DNA of 60,265 nt from Actinomycetota bacterium (GCA_027730605.1 JAQCGN010000001.1:1-60265); one strand, 5' to 3'. Shown: positions 30,430 to 41,389, numbered from the stretch's first letter. Notes: generated by a model from the letters alone, not told the origin. A program made the numbers and translations.

Positions 30430-32478
30430 TTACTTTTTTAGTTCTTTAGCTTTTTTTACGATGTCTTGTACCGTGATGCCAAATTCCTTATATAACAAAT
30501 CTGGTTTTCCACTGGCCCCATAATGATCAAGACCAATTACCGCACCTTCTAACCCAACAAATTGATACCAACCAAGTGTTGAACCTGCTTCAATGGCAAT
30601 TTTTGCTTTGACTTCTTTAGGCAATACCGATTCTTGATAAGACTTTGATTCATTTTGGAACCACTCCACACAAGGCATCGAGACTACGCGGGTATTGATT
30701 GACTGGGAATTTAATTCTTTTTGGGCCAATAGTGCTAATTCAATTTCAGATCCTGTTGCAATCAAAATTACATCTGGTTTTGAATTTGAACAATCCTGGA
30801 GAATATATCCGCCCTTCTTAGCACCTTGGGCAGAATTATTTAATTTTCGATCTAGCGTTGGAATATTTTGTCGAGTAAGCACTATCCCGGCAGGTTTTCT
30901 GTCTTCTAAGATTTTGATCCAACAAGCACTAACTTCATTTGCATCTGCTGGTCGAACAACACTAAAACCAGGAATAGAGCGAAGAGCCCAAAGTTGCTCA
31001 ACGGGTTGATGCGTTGGACCATCTTCTCCCAATCCAATGGAATCATGGGTCCAAACATAAATAACTGGTAATTGCATCAAGGATGCAAGTCTTATTGCGG
31101 GTTTTTGATAATCACTAAAAATTAGAAAAGTCGCGCCGAATGGTCTTGTGAAACCATAAAGTGCCATACCGTTCATAATTGAAGCCATGGCATGTTCTCT
31201 GATTCCAAAATGTAGATATTTTCCTCCCGCACTGGATTGATTTATTTCAGAGTTTTGTTTCTGCATAGATGATGCATTTTTTAGTAAGACGCCATTGCTT
31301 TCAGCCAAGTCAGCTGAGCCACCCACAAGTTCTATTAGTTTATTTGAGAGCTCATTTAGAATTGTGCCACCACTTTTTCGACTAGCAATACTGGTCCCTG
31401 TTTCAAAAACTGTTAAGGAACTTTCTAAATCTTGAATAAGTTCATTTTTTTGTAATCTTTGGAAGTCATTTGATAATTTTGCATTATCCTTAGCCCAGAT
31501 TTTAAATTTATCGTTCCACTCTTTGTGTTTTTTAGATCCGTTAGTTTGAGATTGACGTGTGTATAATAAGACATCTTCTGGAACACTAAATTTTTGCTCT
31601 GGATCTAATCCCAATTTTTGTTTTGTAAGTTTTGTTTCTGATTCTCCTAAAGGAGCACCATGTGCAGCAGCAGTATTTCTTGCATTTGGAGCAGGCCAGG
31701 CAATAACTGTTTTTAATCGAATGAAGCTAGGTTTATCTGATGCTTTGGCGTTATTGATAGCTTTTATTAACTGTAAAACATTTACTTGCCCATCATCACC
31801 AAGTTCAACTGTGTGAACATCCCAGTTATAAGCGCGATATCTTGCTACGACATCTTCTGTAAAAGCAAGATTAGTTTCCCCGTCAATACTTATCTGGTTG
31901 TCGTCATAAATAACAATTAAATTAGCAAGACCAAGATGACCAGCTATTGAAGATGCCTCTGAGGTAACACCTTCTTGTAAATCGCCATCACTTGCCACAA
32001 TGTAAATAAAATTATCAAAAATACTTTGACCCGTTTGAGCAGTTGGATCAAAATGATTGCGCCAATATCTTGAGGCAATTGCCATTCCCACTCCTGAAGA
32101 TAAACCTTGACCTAATGGGCCTGTGGTCATTTCAACGCCTTTAGTGTGCAGGTATTCGGGGTGTCCTGGAGTAAGGCTGTTTAATTTTCTAAAATTTTTT
32201 AAATCTTCAATCTCAAGCCCATAGCCGTTTAAATAAAGTTGCGCATACAAAAGCATGCTGGCATGTCCACATGAGAGTATGAATCGATCTCGGCCAAACC
32301 AATCTGGGTCATTGGGGTCATGGTTCATAAATTTTTGGAATAGTAAATGTGCCACTGGAGCCAATGCCATTGCAGTTCCTGGATGTCCATGTCCTGCGTT
32401 TTCAACAGCATCCAGAGCCAGAGATCTGGCGGTATTTACAGATCTTTCATCAAGATCGGTCCAGGTAATCTCGCTCAT
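30430..32478 (-). CDS. tkt: transketolase
   Basis: 682 aa. SLALDAVENAGHGHPGTAMALAP, SCGHASMLLYA, GDGDLQEGV, THDSIGLGEDGPTHQP. Confidence 0.96.
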   Translation of the reverse strand: MSEITWTDLDERSVNTARSLALDAVENAGHGHPGTAMALAPVAHLLFQKFMNHDPNDPDWFGRDRFILSCGHASMLLYAQLYLNGYGLEIEDLKNFRKLNSLTPGHPEYLHTKGVEMTTGPLGQGLSSGVGMAIASRYWRNHFDPTAQTGQSIFDNFIYIVASDGDLQEGVTSEASSIAGHLGLANLIVIYDDNQISIDGETNLAFTEDVVARYRAYNWDVHTVELGDDGQVNVLQLIKAINNAKASDKPSFIRLKTVIAWPAPNARNTAAAHGAPLGESETKLTKQKLGLDPEQKFSVPEDVLLYTRQSQTNGSKKHKEWNDKFKIWAKDNAKLSNDFQRLQKNELIQDLESSLTVFETGTSIASRKSGGTILNELSNKLIELVGGSADLAESNGVLLKNASSMQKQNSEINQSSAGGKYLHFGIREHAMASIMNGMALYGFTRPFGATFLIFSDYQKPAIRLASLMQLPVIYVWTHDSIGLGEDGPTHQPVEQLWALRSIPGFSVVRPADANEVSACWIKILEDRKPAGIVLTRQNIPTLDRKLNNSAQGAKKGGYILQDCSNSKPDVILIATGSEIELALLAQKELNSQSINTRVVSMPCVEWFQNESKSYQESVLPKEVKAKIAIEAGSTLGWYQFVGLEGAVIGLDHYGASGKPDLLYKEFGITVQDIVKKAKELKK

Positions 32479-32593
32479 GTGAATAAGTGCAATCCTATTT
32501 CTTTAGTCAAAGTACTTCCTAGCCTAATGAGTCACTAGTCACACAATCCACAGAACGCGCCCATAACAGTATTCAGGTAGCGTTAGTTCCAAT

Positions 32594-33532
32594 ATGAGAC
32601 AAAATCTTGGGTCACAAAATTTAGACTCAGTGAATAAAGATTCAATTTCAGTTTATTCAATTTTAAAAAGTTATATTGCTTTAACCAAGCCAAGAATTAT
32701 CGAATTACTTCTAGTAACCACGGTTCCAACTATGTTTCTTGCATCTGATGGATGGCCAAATTGGTATTTAGTTCTGGCAACATTAATTGGTGGAGCGCTA
32801 GCTGCTGGGGGAGCAAATGCTTTAAACAATGTGGTTGATCGAGATATAGATGCATTAATGGATAGAACCGCACATAGACCACTAGTAACAGGAAAAGTTT
32901 CGGTCAGAGGAGCAATTGCTCTAGGACTATCCCTATCGTTGCTCTCAATAATCTGGCTAGAAAATCAAGTTAATACCTTAGCCGCGCTTCTTGCAGCTGG
33001 TGCAATTGTTTTTTATGTTTGTATTTATACCCTGCTTCTAAAAAGAAGAACATCTTCAAACATTGTTTGGGGAGGAGCGGCTGGATGTTTTCCTGTGTTA
33101 ATTGGCTGGGCCGCAGTAAATAACTCGTTGAATATCGTTCCCTTCGTTTTGTTCTTGATTGTCTTTTGGTGGACTCCTCCTCATTATTGGCCACTTTCAA
33201 TGCAATATCGAGACGATTATGAAACCGCTGGAGTACCAATGCTTCCAGTGGTAGCAGATAGGCGAAAAGTATCAAGTCAAATATTGATTTATTCCTGGAT
33301 TATGGTTGCCACAACAGTTGTACTTGGTTTTGTTAGTGAGTTATCAGTTGTTTACATACTGGGATCAAGTGTTTTAAATCTTATTTTTCTTCGGGAAGTA
33401 TATGCCTTAAAAACACGTGCTAATAGCTCAGCAATAGAAATTAATCCAATGAAACTTTTCCACTGGTCAATTACATATCTTGCCCTGCTGTTTTTTCTAA
33501 TTGGACTAGATCCCTTATTGAATTTGGGATAA
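32594..33532 (+). CDS. ctaB: protoheme IX farnesyltransferase (heme O synthase)
   Basis: 312 aa UbiA-family membrane protein. ALTKPRIIELLLVTT, NNVVDRDIDALMDRTAHRPL, WTPPHYW. Confidence 0.92.
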   Translation: MRQNLGSQNLDSVNKDSISVYSILKSYIALTKPRIIELLLVTTVPTMFLASDGWPNWYLVLATLIGGALAAGGANALNNVVDRDIDALMDRTAHRPLVTGKVSVRGAIALGLSLSLLSIIWLENQVNTLAALLAAGAIVFYVCIYTLLLKRRTSSNIVWGGAAGCFPVLIGWAAVNNSLNIVPFVLFLIVFWWTPPHYWPLSMQYRDDYETAGVPMLPVVADRRKVSSQILIYSWIMVATTVVLGFVSELSVVYILGSSVLNLIFLREVYALKTRANSSAIEINPMKLFHWSITYLALLFFLIGLDPLLNLG

Positions 33533-34390
33533 ATGCGTATCGCATACGTTGTAGGTGATGAAGATCCATTAGATCCAGATCCTGATTTAGATATACCCTA
33601 TGCAAAGCAGGCGGCACAAGATTTAAATATCGATTTGGTTTTCACAAACTGGAATGATCAAAGTATTGATTGGTCAAATTTTGATGCAGGCCTAATAAGA
33701 TCAACGTGGGATTATGTGCCCAAAAGAGACAAATTCTTAGAATTCGCTAAAAAAGTTGAGCAGCAAACAAAGTTGTTTAATTCATTTGATGTCATGAGTT
33801 GGAATACAGATAAGAAATATTTGCAGCAAATGGCAGAGGGTGGATTACAAATTATTCCTACAAAATTTGTGAGTAACCTAAATGAAGCAAAAGTCGAAAT
33901 TGATTCAGCTTTTAGTCAGTCAAAATCTATTGCCATAAAACCGTCAATTGGGGCAGGGGCAAGACTTGCGGGGAAAGCGGGTAATGCGGCAGAAGCTATC
34001 AATTTGGCAGAAAAGATTTTTGCTGCAAATAGAACTGCCATGATTCAGCCCTACATTGAAAGTGTTGACACCGAAGGGGAAAAAGCCATCATTGTTATTG
34101 ATGGTCAAATAAGTCATGTGGCAATAAAAGTTCCTGCTTTAACAAAAGGTGGACATGGGGATGCGGCTAGGAAAGAAGAAATATCTACTGAAGTAGTTAA
34201 TTTCGTTAACAAAGTTTCGCAATGTGTGAAAGATTGGGATGATTTACTTTTTGCACGCGTTGATGTGGTTAGGTATAAAGGAGAACTTGTATTAATGGAG
34301 TTAGAGTTAACTGAGCCGTGGCTTTTTATGCAATATAGGCCAGAGTCAGCAAAAGATTTATTTAAGGCGCTTCAAAACAGGATTGTTTGA
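33533..34390 (+). CDS. ATP-grasp-like protein of unknown function
   Basis: 285 aa. KPSIGAGA glycine-rich segment, MIQPYIES, and C-terminal LVLMELELTEP, arranged like RimK/glutathione-synthetase-type ATP-grasp enzymes. The ATG directly follows the ctaB TAA. Confidence 0.5.
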   Translation: MRIAYVVGDEDPLDPDPDLDIPYAKQAAQDLNIDLVFTNWNDQSIDWSNFDAGLIRSTWDYVPKRDKFLEFAKKVEQQTKLFNSFDVMSWNTDKKYLQQMAEGGLQIIPTKFVSNLNEAKVEIDSAFSQSKSIAIKPSIGAGARLAGKAGNAAEAINLAEKIFAANRTAMIQPYIESVDTEGEKAIIVIDGQISHVAIKVPALTKGGHGDAARKEEISTEVVNFVNKVSQCVKDWDDLLFARVDVVRYKGELVLMELELTEPWLFMQYRPESAKDLFKALQNRIV

Positions 34391-35269
34391 ATTTAGAGCC
34401 AAAAATATTATTGCAATCCAGGTTATAACGGCCCCTAAAACATGAAATGCAACCAATACCCAGGGCAAAGATGTGAACCATTGAAGGTAACCAATAAATC
34501 CTTGTGCAAGACATATAAGAAGCAATATTTTTGTGTTTTTTCTTAATGTTTTTAATCTTGCATTTATTGTTGTAATAACAAATAGACCTACTACTAATCC
34601 AATAAAGAGCCAAACTGAGTCTGCATGGATTACTGCCATTGCTCTGATATCCAAATTGAATCGAGCAGCAATTTCATCTCCAGAATGTGGACCAGATCCT
34701 GTTGTGATTGTTCCTAGAACTATTACTACAAACCCAATTAAAGTAAGAAAGACGATATAGGTGTTAATTATTTTTGGTAAAACAATTTCAGGTTTCCCCC
34801 CTGAGAAATAGTCAAAGATTTTGACTGAAACTCCAACTAAAAGAATAGAAACCAAAAAATGGGCCATAACGGTGAGGGGATTTAATCCAGTCAGAACTGT
34901 GATTCCGCCTAAAACTGCTTGAAAAATTGTGCCGATTAAGGGAATAGCACTCCAGTACAAAATGTTACGTTTTTTATGCAACAAGGCACCAATAAAAAGT
35001 GCAAGTGCAAAAGCTAACACAACAAAGGTGAGTAATCGATTGCCAAATTCAATGAACTTATGAAATCCCTCTATTTGCCCTGCCACGGGAAGCAAGGATC
35101 CAGGTGCACAATCGGGCCAAGTTGGACAGCCCAAGCCAGACCCGGTTAAACGAACTATGGCCCCGGTGACGATGATCCCGGATTGGGCAATCAGGTTTAA
35201 AAGGCTTATTCGGTGGTTGAAAGTAGCCAAGGATTTAGTTTTCATCGACAAATTCGAGTCTAGGGCCAT
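34358..35269 (-). CDS. ctaA: heme A synthase (COX15/CtaA family)
   Basis: 303 aa polytopic protein. VTGAIVRLTGSGLGCPTWPDC, several conserved His in TM helices (HKFIEFGNR, MAHFLVS, HSGD, FHVLGA). The start may be a downstream ATG (35245). Confidence 0.88.
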   Translation of the reverse strand: MALDSNLSMKTKSLATFNHRISLLNLIAQSGIIVTGAIVRLTGSGLGCPTWPDCAPGSLLPVAGQIEGFHKFIEFGNRLLTFVVLAFALALFIGALLHKKRNILYWSAIPLIGTIFQAVLGGITVLTGLNPLTVMAHFLVSILLVGVSVKIFDYFSGGKPEIVLPKIINTYIVFLTLIGFVVIVLGTITTGSGPHSGDEIAARFNLDIRAMAVIHADSVWLFIGLVVGLFVITTINARLKTLRKNTKILLLICLAQGFIGYLQWFTSLPWVLVAFHVLGAVITWIAIIFLALNSNNPVLKRLK

Positions 35270-35305
35270 GCTGGGGTTGCAACGAGTCGGGAAATAGGCA
35301 ACACT

Positions 35306-36010
35306 ATGGTTATGGAATTCAAAACGGTAGGTAGAGACAGACTGGCACGAGAATTGCTCAAACTCGGTCCTATAACTGCCAGTGACTTGGCAGAAGCCCT
35401 AGGAATAAGTGCTGTTGCTGTGAGAAAACATCTTGAAGATATGAATGAAAAAAACTTAGTTAAATCACATGAAATTGCCCCATTTGGGCCATCAAAACCA
35501 AAGGGTAGAGGTAGACCTGCCAGAGTTTATTCACTTACTTCTCAAGGTAGAGATTTTTTTGAAAACCAATATCAATCTTTAGCCCAAGATGCCGTTTTAT
35601 TTATCAAACAAAATTATGGTTCTAAAGCTGTTAAAGATTTTGCTCGTTCAAGGGCAAATGAAATGTTAAACAAGTACTCGTTAATGATTAACAAATCTAA
35701 AGATATTAATTCTAAGGTGGAAGTTTTAGCGCAATCATTAACAAAAGATGGATTTGCTGCCACCGCGGATAAAGGATCTGGACCAACCCAAACAATTCAG
35801 CTTTGCCAACACAATTGTCCAATTGCTCATGTTGCCGAGGAGCACCCAGAATTTTGTGACGCAGAATTAGATGCCTTTAATAAACTTTTAGGTGTTAACG
35901 TCACAAGACTTTCAACCATTGCTACTGGTGGAAATATTTGCACCTCGCTAGTAAGTACGATGCCAAAAAATGCAGTTTCATCCGCACAACAATATAAGGA
36001 GAGCAAATGA
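35306..36010 (+). CDS. sufR: SUF operon transcriptional repressor SufR (HTH plus Fe-S cysteine cluster)
   Basis: 234 aa. N-terminal winged HTH ([24 protein letters not shown]) and C-terminal Cys motif ([21 protein letters not shown]). Heads the suf operon, as in other actinobacteria. Confidence 0.85.
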   Translation: MVMEFKTVGRDRLARELLKLGPITASDLAEALGISAVAVRKHLEDMNEKNLVKSHEIAPFGPSKPKGRGRPARVYSLTSQGRDFFENQYQSLAQDAVLFIKQNYGSKAVKDFARSRANEMLNKYSLMINKSKDINSKVEVLAQSLTKDGFAATADKGSGPTQTIQLCQHNCPIAHVAEEHPEFCDAELDAFNKLLGVNVTRLSTIATGGNICTSLVSTMPKNAVSSAQQYKESK

Positions 36011-37416
36011 CAATAGCGCGCCCAGAGTTAGACGGAATAGGTAATTATGAATTCGGATGGCACGATAAAAATGATGCAGGTGCCAATGCAAAGCGTGGCT
36101 TAACCGAAGAAGTTGTGCGCGACATAAGCTCTAAGAAAAATGAGCCAGCTTGGATGTTGGAAACAAGACTAAAAGCCTTAGCTCTTTTTGAGAAAAAACC
36201 ATTACCTAACTGGGGTGCTTATTTAGGTGATATTGACTTTGAAAATATCAAATACTTTGTTAGATCAACTGAAAAACAAGCAACTTCATGGGAAGAACTT
36301 CCAGATGATATTAAAAATACTTATGATCGTTTAGGAATTCCTGAAGCTGAAAAGAAAAGATTAATTGGTGGTGTTGCTGCTCAATACGAAAGTGAAGTTG
36401 TTTATCACCAAATCAGAGAAGATTTAGAAAAAGAAGGTGTTCTTTTCCTAGACACCGATACTGCTTTAAAACAACACGAAGATGTATTTAACGAATATTT
36501 TGGGTCAGTTATCCCAGCAGGAGATAATAAGTTTTCTGCACTCAACACAGCTGTGTGGTCTGGTGGATCATTTATTTATGTTCCTAAAGGTGTCAAAATT
36601 GATATTCCATTGCAAGCATATTTCCGAATTAACACCGAAAATATGGGTCAATTTGAAAGAACTTTAATAATCGTTGATGAAGGTGCATATGTTCATTATG
36701 TTGAAGGGTGTACAGCACCAACTTATTCAACAGATTCATTACATAGTGCCGTAGTTGAGATAATTGTAAAAAAGAATGCTCGTTGTAGATACACCACAAT
36801 TCAAAACTGGTCAAACAACGTTTATAACTTAGTTACTAAAAGAGCTGTAGCCCAAGAAGGTGCAACTATGGAATGGATTGATGGCAACATCGGTTCCAAA
36901 GTGACCATGAAATATCCAGCTGTATGGCTGGTTGGGGAACATGCTAAAGGTGAAACCATGTCAGTTGCATTTGCTGGCGAGGGACAACATCAAGATGCTG
37001 GAGCAAAAATGGTTCATGCTGCTCCTAACACTTCTTCTGCAATTATTTCTAAATCAGTGGCAAGAGGTGGTGGCAGAACTTCTTATCGCGGTCTAATTCA
37101 AGTTAACGAAGGTTCATATAACGCTAAGACAACAGTGAAATGTGATGCTTTGTTGATAGATGATATTTCCCGATCAGATACCTACCCATACATAGATTGT
37201 CGTGAAGACGATGTTTCTATGGGACATGAAGCCACGATCTCAAGAATTAGTGAAGATCAACTGTTTTATTTAATGCAACGTGGACTTAACGAAGATGAAG
37301 CAGCAGCAATGATTGTGCGCGGATTTGTTGAACCAATTGCAAGAGAATTACCAATGGAATATGCAATCGAATTAAACAGATTGATTGAATTACAAATGGA
37401 AGGCGCAGTTGGATGA
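36007..37416 (+). CDS. sufB: Fe-S cluster assembly scaffold SufB
   Basis: 469 aa. ...[19 protein letters not shown]..., [40 protein letters not shown]. Its size indicates no intein. Confidence 0.96.
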   Translation: MTIARPELDGIGNYEFGWHDKNDAGANAKRGLTEEVVRDISSKKNEPAWMLETRLKALALFEKKPLPNWGAYLGDIDFENIKYFVRSTEKQATSWEELPDDIKNTYDRLGIPEAEKKRLIGGVAAQYESEVVYHQIREDLEKEGVLFLDTDTALKQHEDVFNEYFGSVIPAGDNKFSALNTAVWSGGSFIYVPKGVKIDIPLQAYFRINTENMGQFERTLIIVDEGAYVHYVEGCTAPTYSTDSLHSAVVEIIVKKNARCRYTTIQNWSNNVYNLVTKRAVAQEGATMEWIDGNIGSKVTMKYPAVWLVGEHAKGETMSVAFAGEGQHQDAGAKMVHAAPNTSSAIISKSVARGGGRTSYRGLIQVNEGSYNAKTTVKCDALLIDDISRSDTYPYIDCREDDVSMGHEATISRISEDQLFYLMQRGLNEDEAAAMIVRGFVEPIARELPMEYAIELNRLIELQMEGAVG

Positions 37417-38555
37417 CAGCTGCGTTACAAGAAAAAGAAATACTTTTCAAAAGCGTTGACGCCAGACCCGATCGTTTTGCATCCAGTAACCCGGATGATT
37501 TTGCGATTCCCAATGGTCGGGAAGAAGATTGGCGCTACACCCCGTTAAAAAGAATTGGCAATCTCCACAGTGATGCTGTTGCAACTCAAGATATTAACTA
37601 TGAGATTGTCGTAGCTCAAGGAGTTATTTCAAAAGTATTAACTCGTGAAGAAGTAAAGACAAAGTTTTTGGCAACAGATCGAATTGGAGCAAGAACGCAA
37701 GCTCTATGGGCAAAAGCTTTGGTTATAGAGATACCAAAAGAACTAGAGACAAAAGATTTAACGTGGATCAAGATTGACTTAAAACCAGGTGTTCAATTTG
37801 GTCACATAATCATCAATGCCAAAAACTTCTCTAACTCAACAGTTGTATTAGAGCAAACTGGAACAGGATTTGCTGGAATCAATTGCGAAATCATAGCTGA
37901 GCCTGGTTCAAATCTTGATTTTATTAACGTATGCGATTTAGACCGAAAAGGTGTCCTGGTAAGTGAACATCAATTTGTAATTGACAAAGATGCAAATGTT
38001 AGATCATTAGTTGTGCAACTAGGTGGAGACATCTTGCGATATAACCCACGTGCCAAGTTCTCCGGAAATCATGGCGCAGTTGAACTTTTAGGAGTTTATC
38101 TAGCAACCCAAGGACAATACTTTGAAAATAGAGTTTTTGTCGATCACAATATGAAAGATTGCAAGAGCAATGTTTTGTATAGAGGTGGCGCTCAAGGTAA
38201 AGACAGTCACATTGTTTGGGTAGGCGATGTAATGATTCGAAAGATCGCCACCGGCACAAACACTTATGAAATGAACCGAAATTTATTATTAGATAGTGGG
38301 GCCAGAGCAGATTCTGTACCAAATCTTGAAATTGAAACAGGACAAGTTGAGAAAGCAGGACATGCAAGTGTTACTGGTCGTTTAGATGACGATCAATTGT
38401 TTTATCTAATGTCTCGAGGTATTGATGAACCCACAGCCAGACAATTAGTTATTGAAGGTTTCTTTTCAGGAATTTTTGGTGAATTTACCCACCCAGATCT
38501 AAAGGAGAAGCTAAACCAGAGACTAAATGCTGCCATTGAAAGAGGTCACCAATGA
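37413..38555 (+). CDS. sufD: Fe-S cluster assembly protein SufD
   Basis: 380 aa beta-helix protein. The C-terminal [26 protein letters not shown] is typical of SufD. ATGA overlap with sufB. Confidence 0.92.
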   Translation: MTAALQEKEILFKSVDARPDRFASSNPDDFAIPNGREEDWRYTPLKRIGNLHSDAVATQDINYEIVVAQGVISKVLTREEVKTKFLATDRIGARTQALWAKALVIEIPKELETKDLTWIKIDLKPGVQFGHIIINAKNFSNSTVVLEQTGTGFAGINCEIIAEPGSNLDFINVCDLDRKGVLVSEHQFVIDKDANVRSLVVQLGGDILRYNPRAKFSGNHGAVELLGVYLATQGQYFENRVFVDHNMKDCKSNVLYRGGAQGKDSHIVWVGDVMIRKIATGTNTYEMNRNLLLDSGARADSVPNLEIETGQVEKAGHASVTGRLDDDQLFYLMSRGIDEPTARQLVIEGFFSGIFGEFTHPDLKEKLNQRLNAAIERGHQ

Positions 38556-38872
38556 CCACTTGGAACAAGGTTGGAAAAGTGTCAGACTTTCAAATTGGAT
38601 CTGCTAAAGCAATAGATTTAAATGGCGAGCCTATTTGTTTAGTTAGAAATAAACAAGGTTTTTATGCTGTTTCAGATGAGTGCTCTCACGCCGCAGTGTC
38701 TTTAAGTGAGGGAACAGTTACAGACGAAGGAATTGAATGCTTTTTACACGGTTCAGAATTTAACTTGCAAACTGGGGAACCAAAAACTCCACCGGCAACA
38801 AGCGCAATTGAAGTATTTGCAGTTCAGGTAGAAGGCGATGGCGATGACGCCAGCGTTTCAGTTGGAATATAA
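38552..38872 (+). CDS. Rieske [2Fe-2S] ferredoxin subunit embedded in the suf operon
   Basis: 106 aa. CSHAAVSLSEG ... CFLHGSEFNLQTGE gives the CxH...CxxH Rieske ligands. This position between sufD and sufC is common in actinobacteria. Confidence 0.88.
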   Translation: MTTWNKVGKVSDFQIGSAKAIDLNGEPICLVRNKQGFYAVSDECSHAAVSLSEGTVTDEGIECFLHGSEFNLQTGEPKTPPATSAIEVFAVQVEGDGDDASVSVGI

Positions 38873-38886
38873 GAAAAGGAAAAATA

Positions 38887-39651
38887 ATGTCTGAATTAGT
38901 TATCAAAGATCTTCATGTCACAGTTACTACAGATGATGGAGTCAAGGAGATTCTTAAAGGCGTTGATTTAACAATCAGTTCAGGTCAAACACACGCCATC
39001 ATGGGACCAAATGGTTCAGGAAAATCGACTTTGGCATATGCCGTTGCCGGACATCCAAAATATGAAATAGCTTCAGGAACAGTAACTCTTGATGGTCAAG
39101 ATATTTTAGATATGTCGGTGGATGAAAGAGCAAAAGCTGGACTTTTCTTAGCAATGCAATATCCAGTAGAAATACCAGGAGTTTCTGTAAGTAACTTCTT
39201 AAGAACTTCTATTACAGCTTTGCGCGGGGAAGCCCCTAAATTACGTGAGTGGATTAAGGAAATGAATGGTGCCATGAAGGAAATTGGTATGGATCCAACT
39301 TTTTCCGAAAGAAATGTCAATGAAGGTTTCTCAGGTGGAGAAAAGAAACGACATGAAATTTTACAATTGGAATTAATGAAACCAAAAATAGCAATTCTCG
39401 ACGAAACCGATTCAGGTCTAGATGTGGATGCGCTGAGAATTGTTTCTGAAGGGATCAATAGAACTGTGGCTAAAAACAACACAGGTGTGTTATTAATTAC
39501 GCATTACACTCGAATTCTTCGTTATGTAAAACCTGACAAAGTGAGTGTTTTTGTTGACGGCAAAGTTGTTGCAACAGGTGGGCAAGAATTAGCTGAAGAA
39601 TTAGAAACAAATGGATATGTGAAATTCTCTAAGGCGACAGTAGGGGCATGA
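38887..39651 (+). CDS. sufC: Fe-S cluster assembly ATPase SufC
   Basis: 254 aa. GPNGSGKSTL, FSGGEKKRHEILQL, ILDETDSGLD, LLITHY. Confidence 0.96.
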   Translation: MSELVIKDLHVTVTTDDGVKEILKGVDLTISSGQTHAIMGPNGSGKSTLAYAVAGHPKYEIASGTVTLDGQDILDMSVDERAKAGLFLAMQYPVEIPGVSVSNFLRTSITALRGEAPKLREWIKEMNGAMKEIGMDPTFSERNVNEGFSGGEKKRHEILQLELMKPKIAILDETDSGLDVDALRIVSEGINRTVAKNNTGVLLITHYTRILRYVKPDKVSVFVDGKVVATGGQELAEELETNGYVKFSKATVGA

Positions 39652-40943
39652 CTTTAACAGATTCTAAATTCAAGTTGGATATTAAGCAGATCCAACTTGA
39701 TTTTCCAATCTTATCAAGAGAAGTTAGAAACAATCGTAAACTTATCTATTTAGATAGCGCTGCCACATCGCAAAAACCTCAAGTTGTTATTGATGCCCAG
39801 AATAATTTCTACGAAACAATAAATTCCGGAGTCCACCGTGGAGCTTATTATTTGGCAGAGCTTGCCACAGATGCACATGAACATGCACGAGAGGTAATTG
39901 CTAATTTTGTTAACTTAAAACCAAATGAAATAGTATTTACAAAAAACGCCACTGAATCCTTAAATTTGCTTTCGTATTCTTTTTTAAACGCCACTCTGAA
40001 ATCAAAAAATGACCCAACTATAGATAAAAGATTAATCCTCAAACCTGGAGATGAGATTTTAGTTACTGAATTAGAACATCATGCCAATCTTGTGCCATGG
40101 CAAGAATTGTGTTTGAAAACAGGTGCTGTTCTAAAGTGGATTCCTATCACCGATGAGGGTGTACTTGATTATTCAAAAATTGATTCACTAATTAATTCTC
40201 GCACAAAAATAGTTGCAATATCACACATGAGTAATGTCTTGGGTTCCATAACAGATCTAGATTTGATATCTAAAGCTAGTAAATCTGTGGGGGCTTTTCT
40301 ATTTGTGGATGCTTGCCAATCTGTTCCACACATTCCAGTTGACTTTCATAAATTAGGAGCAGATGCTATTGCTTGGTCTGGCCATAAAATGCTAGGACCG
40401 TTAGGAATTGGATTATTAGGCGCAACAGAGGAATTGCTAGAAATTATGCCACCATTTATAAGCGGTGGATCCATGATTGAAACCGTAACAATGTCAAAAT
40501 CAACTTTCGCGAAAGCTCCTAAGAAATTTGAGGCAGGCACACCTCCAGCTGCAGAAGCAGTTGGATTGGGAGCTGCTGTTGAATACTTGCAAAAAATAGG
40601 CATGGAAAATGTTCATAACCATGAAAGACATTTAACAAAGTTGATGCTTGATGGATTAAAAGAAATAAAAGGTGTCACAATTTATGGTCCAGTTGATGAC
40701 AGGGACCGAGGAAGTACAGTTTCTTTTGCTCTTGATGGATTACATCCTCATGATGTTGGCCAAGTTTTAGATGACATGGGAATTGCTGTGCGTGTAGGAA
40801 ATCATTGTGCAAGACCGATTATGGATAAATTAAAAGTCCAATCAACAACAAGAGCAAGTACCTATATTTATAATGATGATTCAGATATACACGCGTTACT
40901 AGAAGGAATCGATGAAGTTTTTAGATTTTTTGGAAAAAAATAA
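39648..40943 (+). CDS. sufS: cysteine desulfurase SufS (class V aminotransferase)
   Basis: 431 aa. IYLDSAATSQKP, HHANLVPW, PLP-lysine region SGHKMLGPLGIG, and active-site loop RVGNHCARP. Confidence 0.94.
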   Translation: MTLTDSKFKLDIKQIQLDFPILSREVRNNRKLIYLDSAATSQKPQVVIDAQNNFYETINSGVHRGAYYLAELATDAHEHAREVIANFVNLKPNEIVFTKNATESLNLLSYSFLNATLKSKNDPTIDKRLILKPGDEILVTELEHHANLVPWQELCLKTGAVLKWIPITDEGVLDYSKIDSLINSRTKIVAISHMSNVLGSITDLDLISKASKSVGAFLFVDACQSVPHIPVDFHKLGADAIAWSGHKMLGPLGIGLLGATEELLEIMPPFISGGSMIETVTMSKSTFAKAPKKFEAGTPPAAEAVGLGAAVEYLQKIGMENVHNHERHLTKLMLDGLKEIKGVTIYGPVDDRDRGSTVSFALDGLHPHDVGQVLDDMGIAVRVGNHCARPIMDKLKVQSTTRASTYIYNDDSDIHALLEGIDEVFRFFGKK

Positions 40944-41389
40944 TGAATTTAACTAATATGTACCAAGAAGTTATTCTTGATCACTACAAATCACCGCGTG
41001 GAAAAGGATTAAAAGAACCTTTTCAAGGCGAGTCTCATCACGTTAACCCGACATGTGGAGATGAGATTACGGTGAGAGTACAACTAACTGATGATAAGAA
41101 AAAGATTGAAAAAATTTCTTATGAATCAACAGGTTGCTCAATCAGCCAGGCTTCGGCAAGTATCATGTTTGAGCAAGTTGATGGCAATTCTTTAGAGAAT
41201 TTTGATAAAACAAGTGGCGAATTTTTAGCCATGATGCAAAGCAAAGGAATTTTTGAACCAAGTGAGGACTTACTAGGAGATGGAATTTCTATGATCGGGG
41301 TGGCACAATATCCAGCCAGAATTAAGTGTGCCCTCTTGTCATGGATGGCAGCTAAAGATGCAATTATTAGAGCTAGAGGAGAAAAATAG
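40943..41389 (+). CDS. sufU: SUF system NifU-family sulfur-transfer/scaffold protein SufU
   Basis: 148 aa. LDHYKSPRG, NPTCGDEITV, GCSISQASAS, ARIKCALL. Confidence 0.93.
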   Translation: MNLTNMYQEVILDHYKSPRGKGLKEPFQGESHHVNPTCGDEITVRVQLTDDKKKIEKISYESTGCSISQASASIMFEQVDGNSLENFDKTSGEFLAMMQSKGIFEPSEDLLGDGISMIGVAQYPARIKCALLSWMAAKDAIIRARGEK

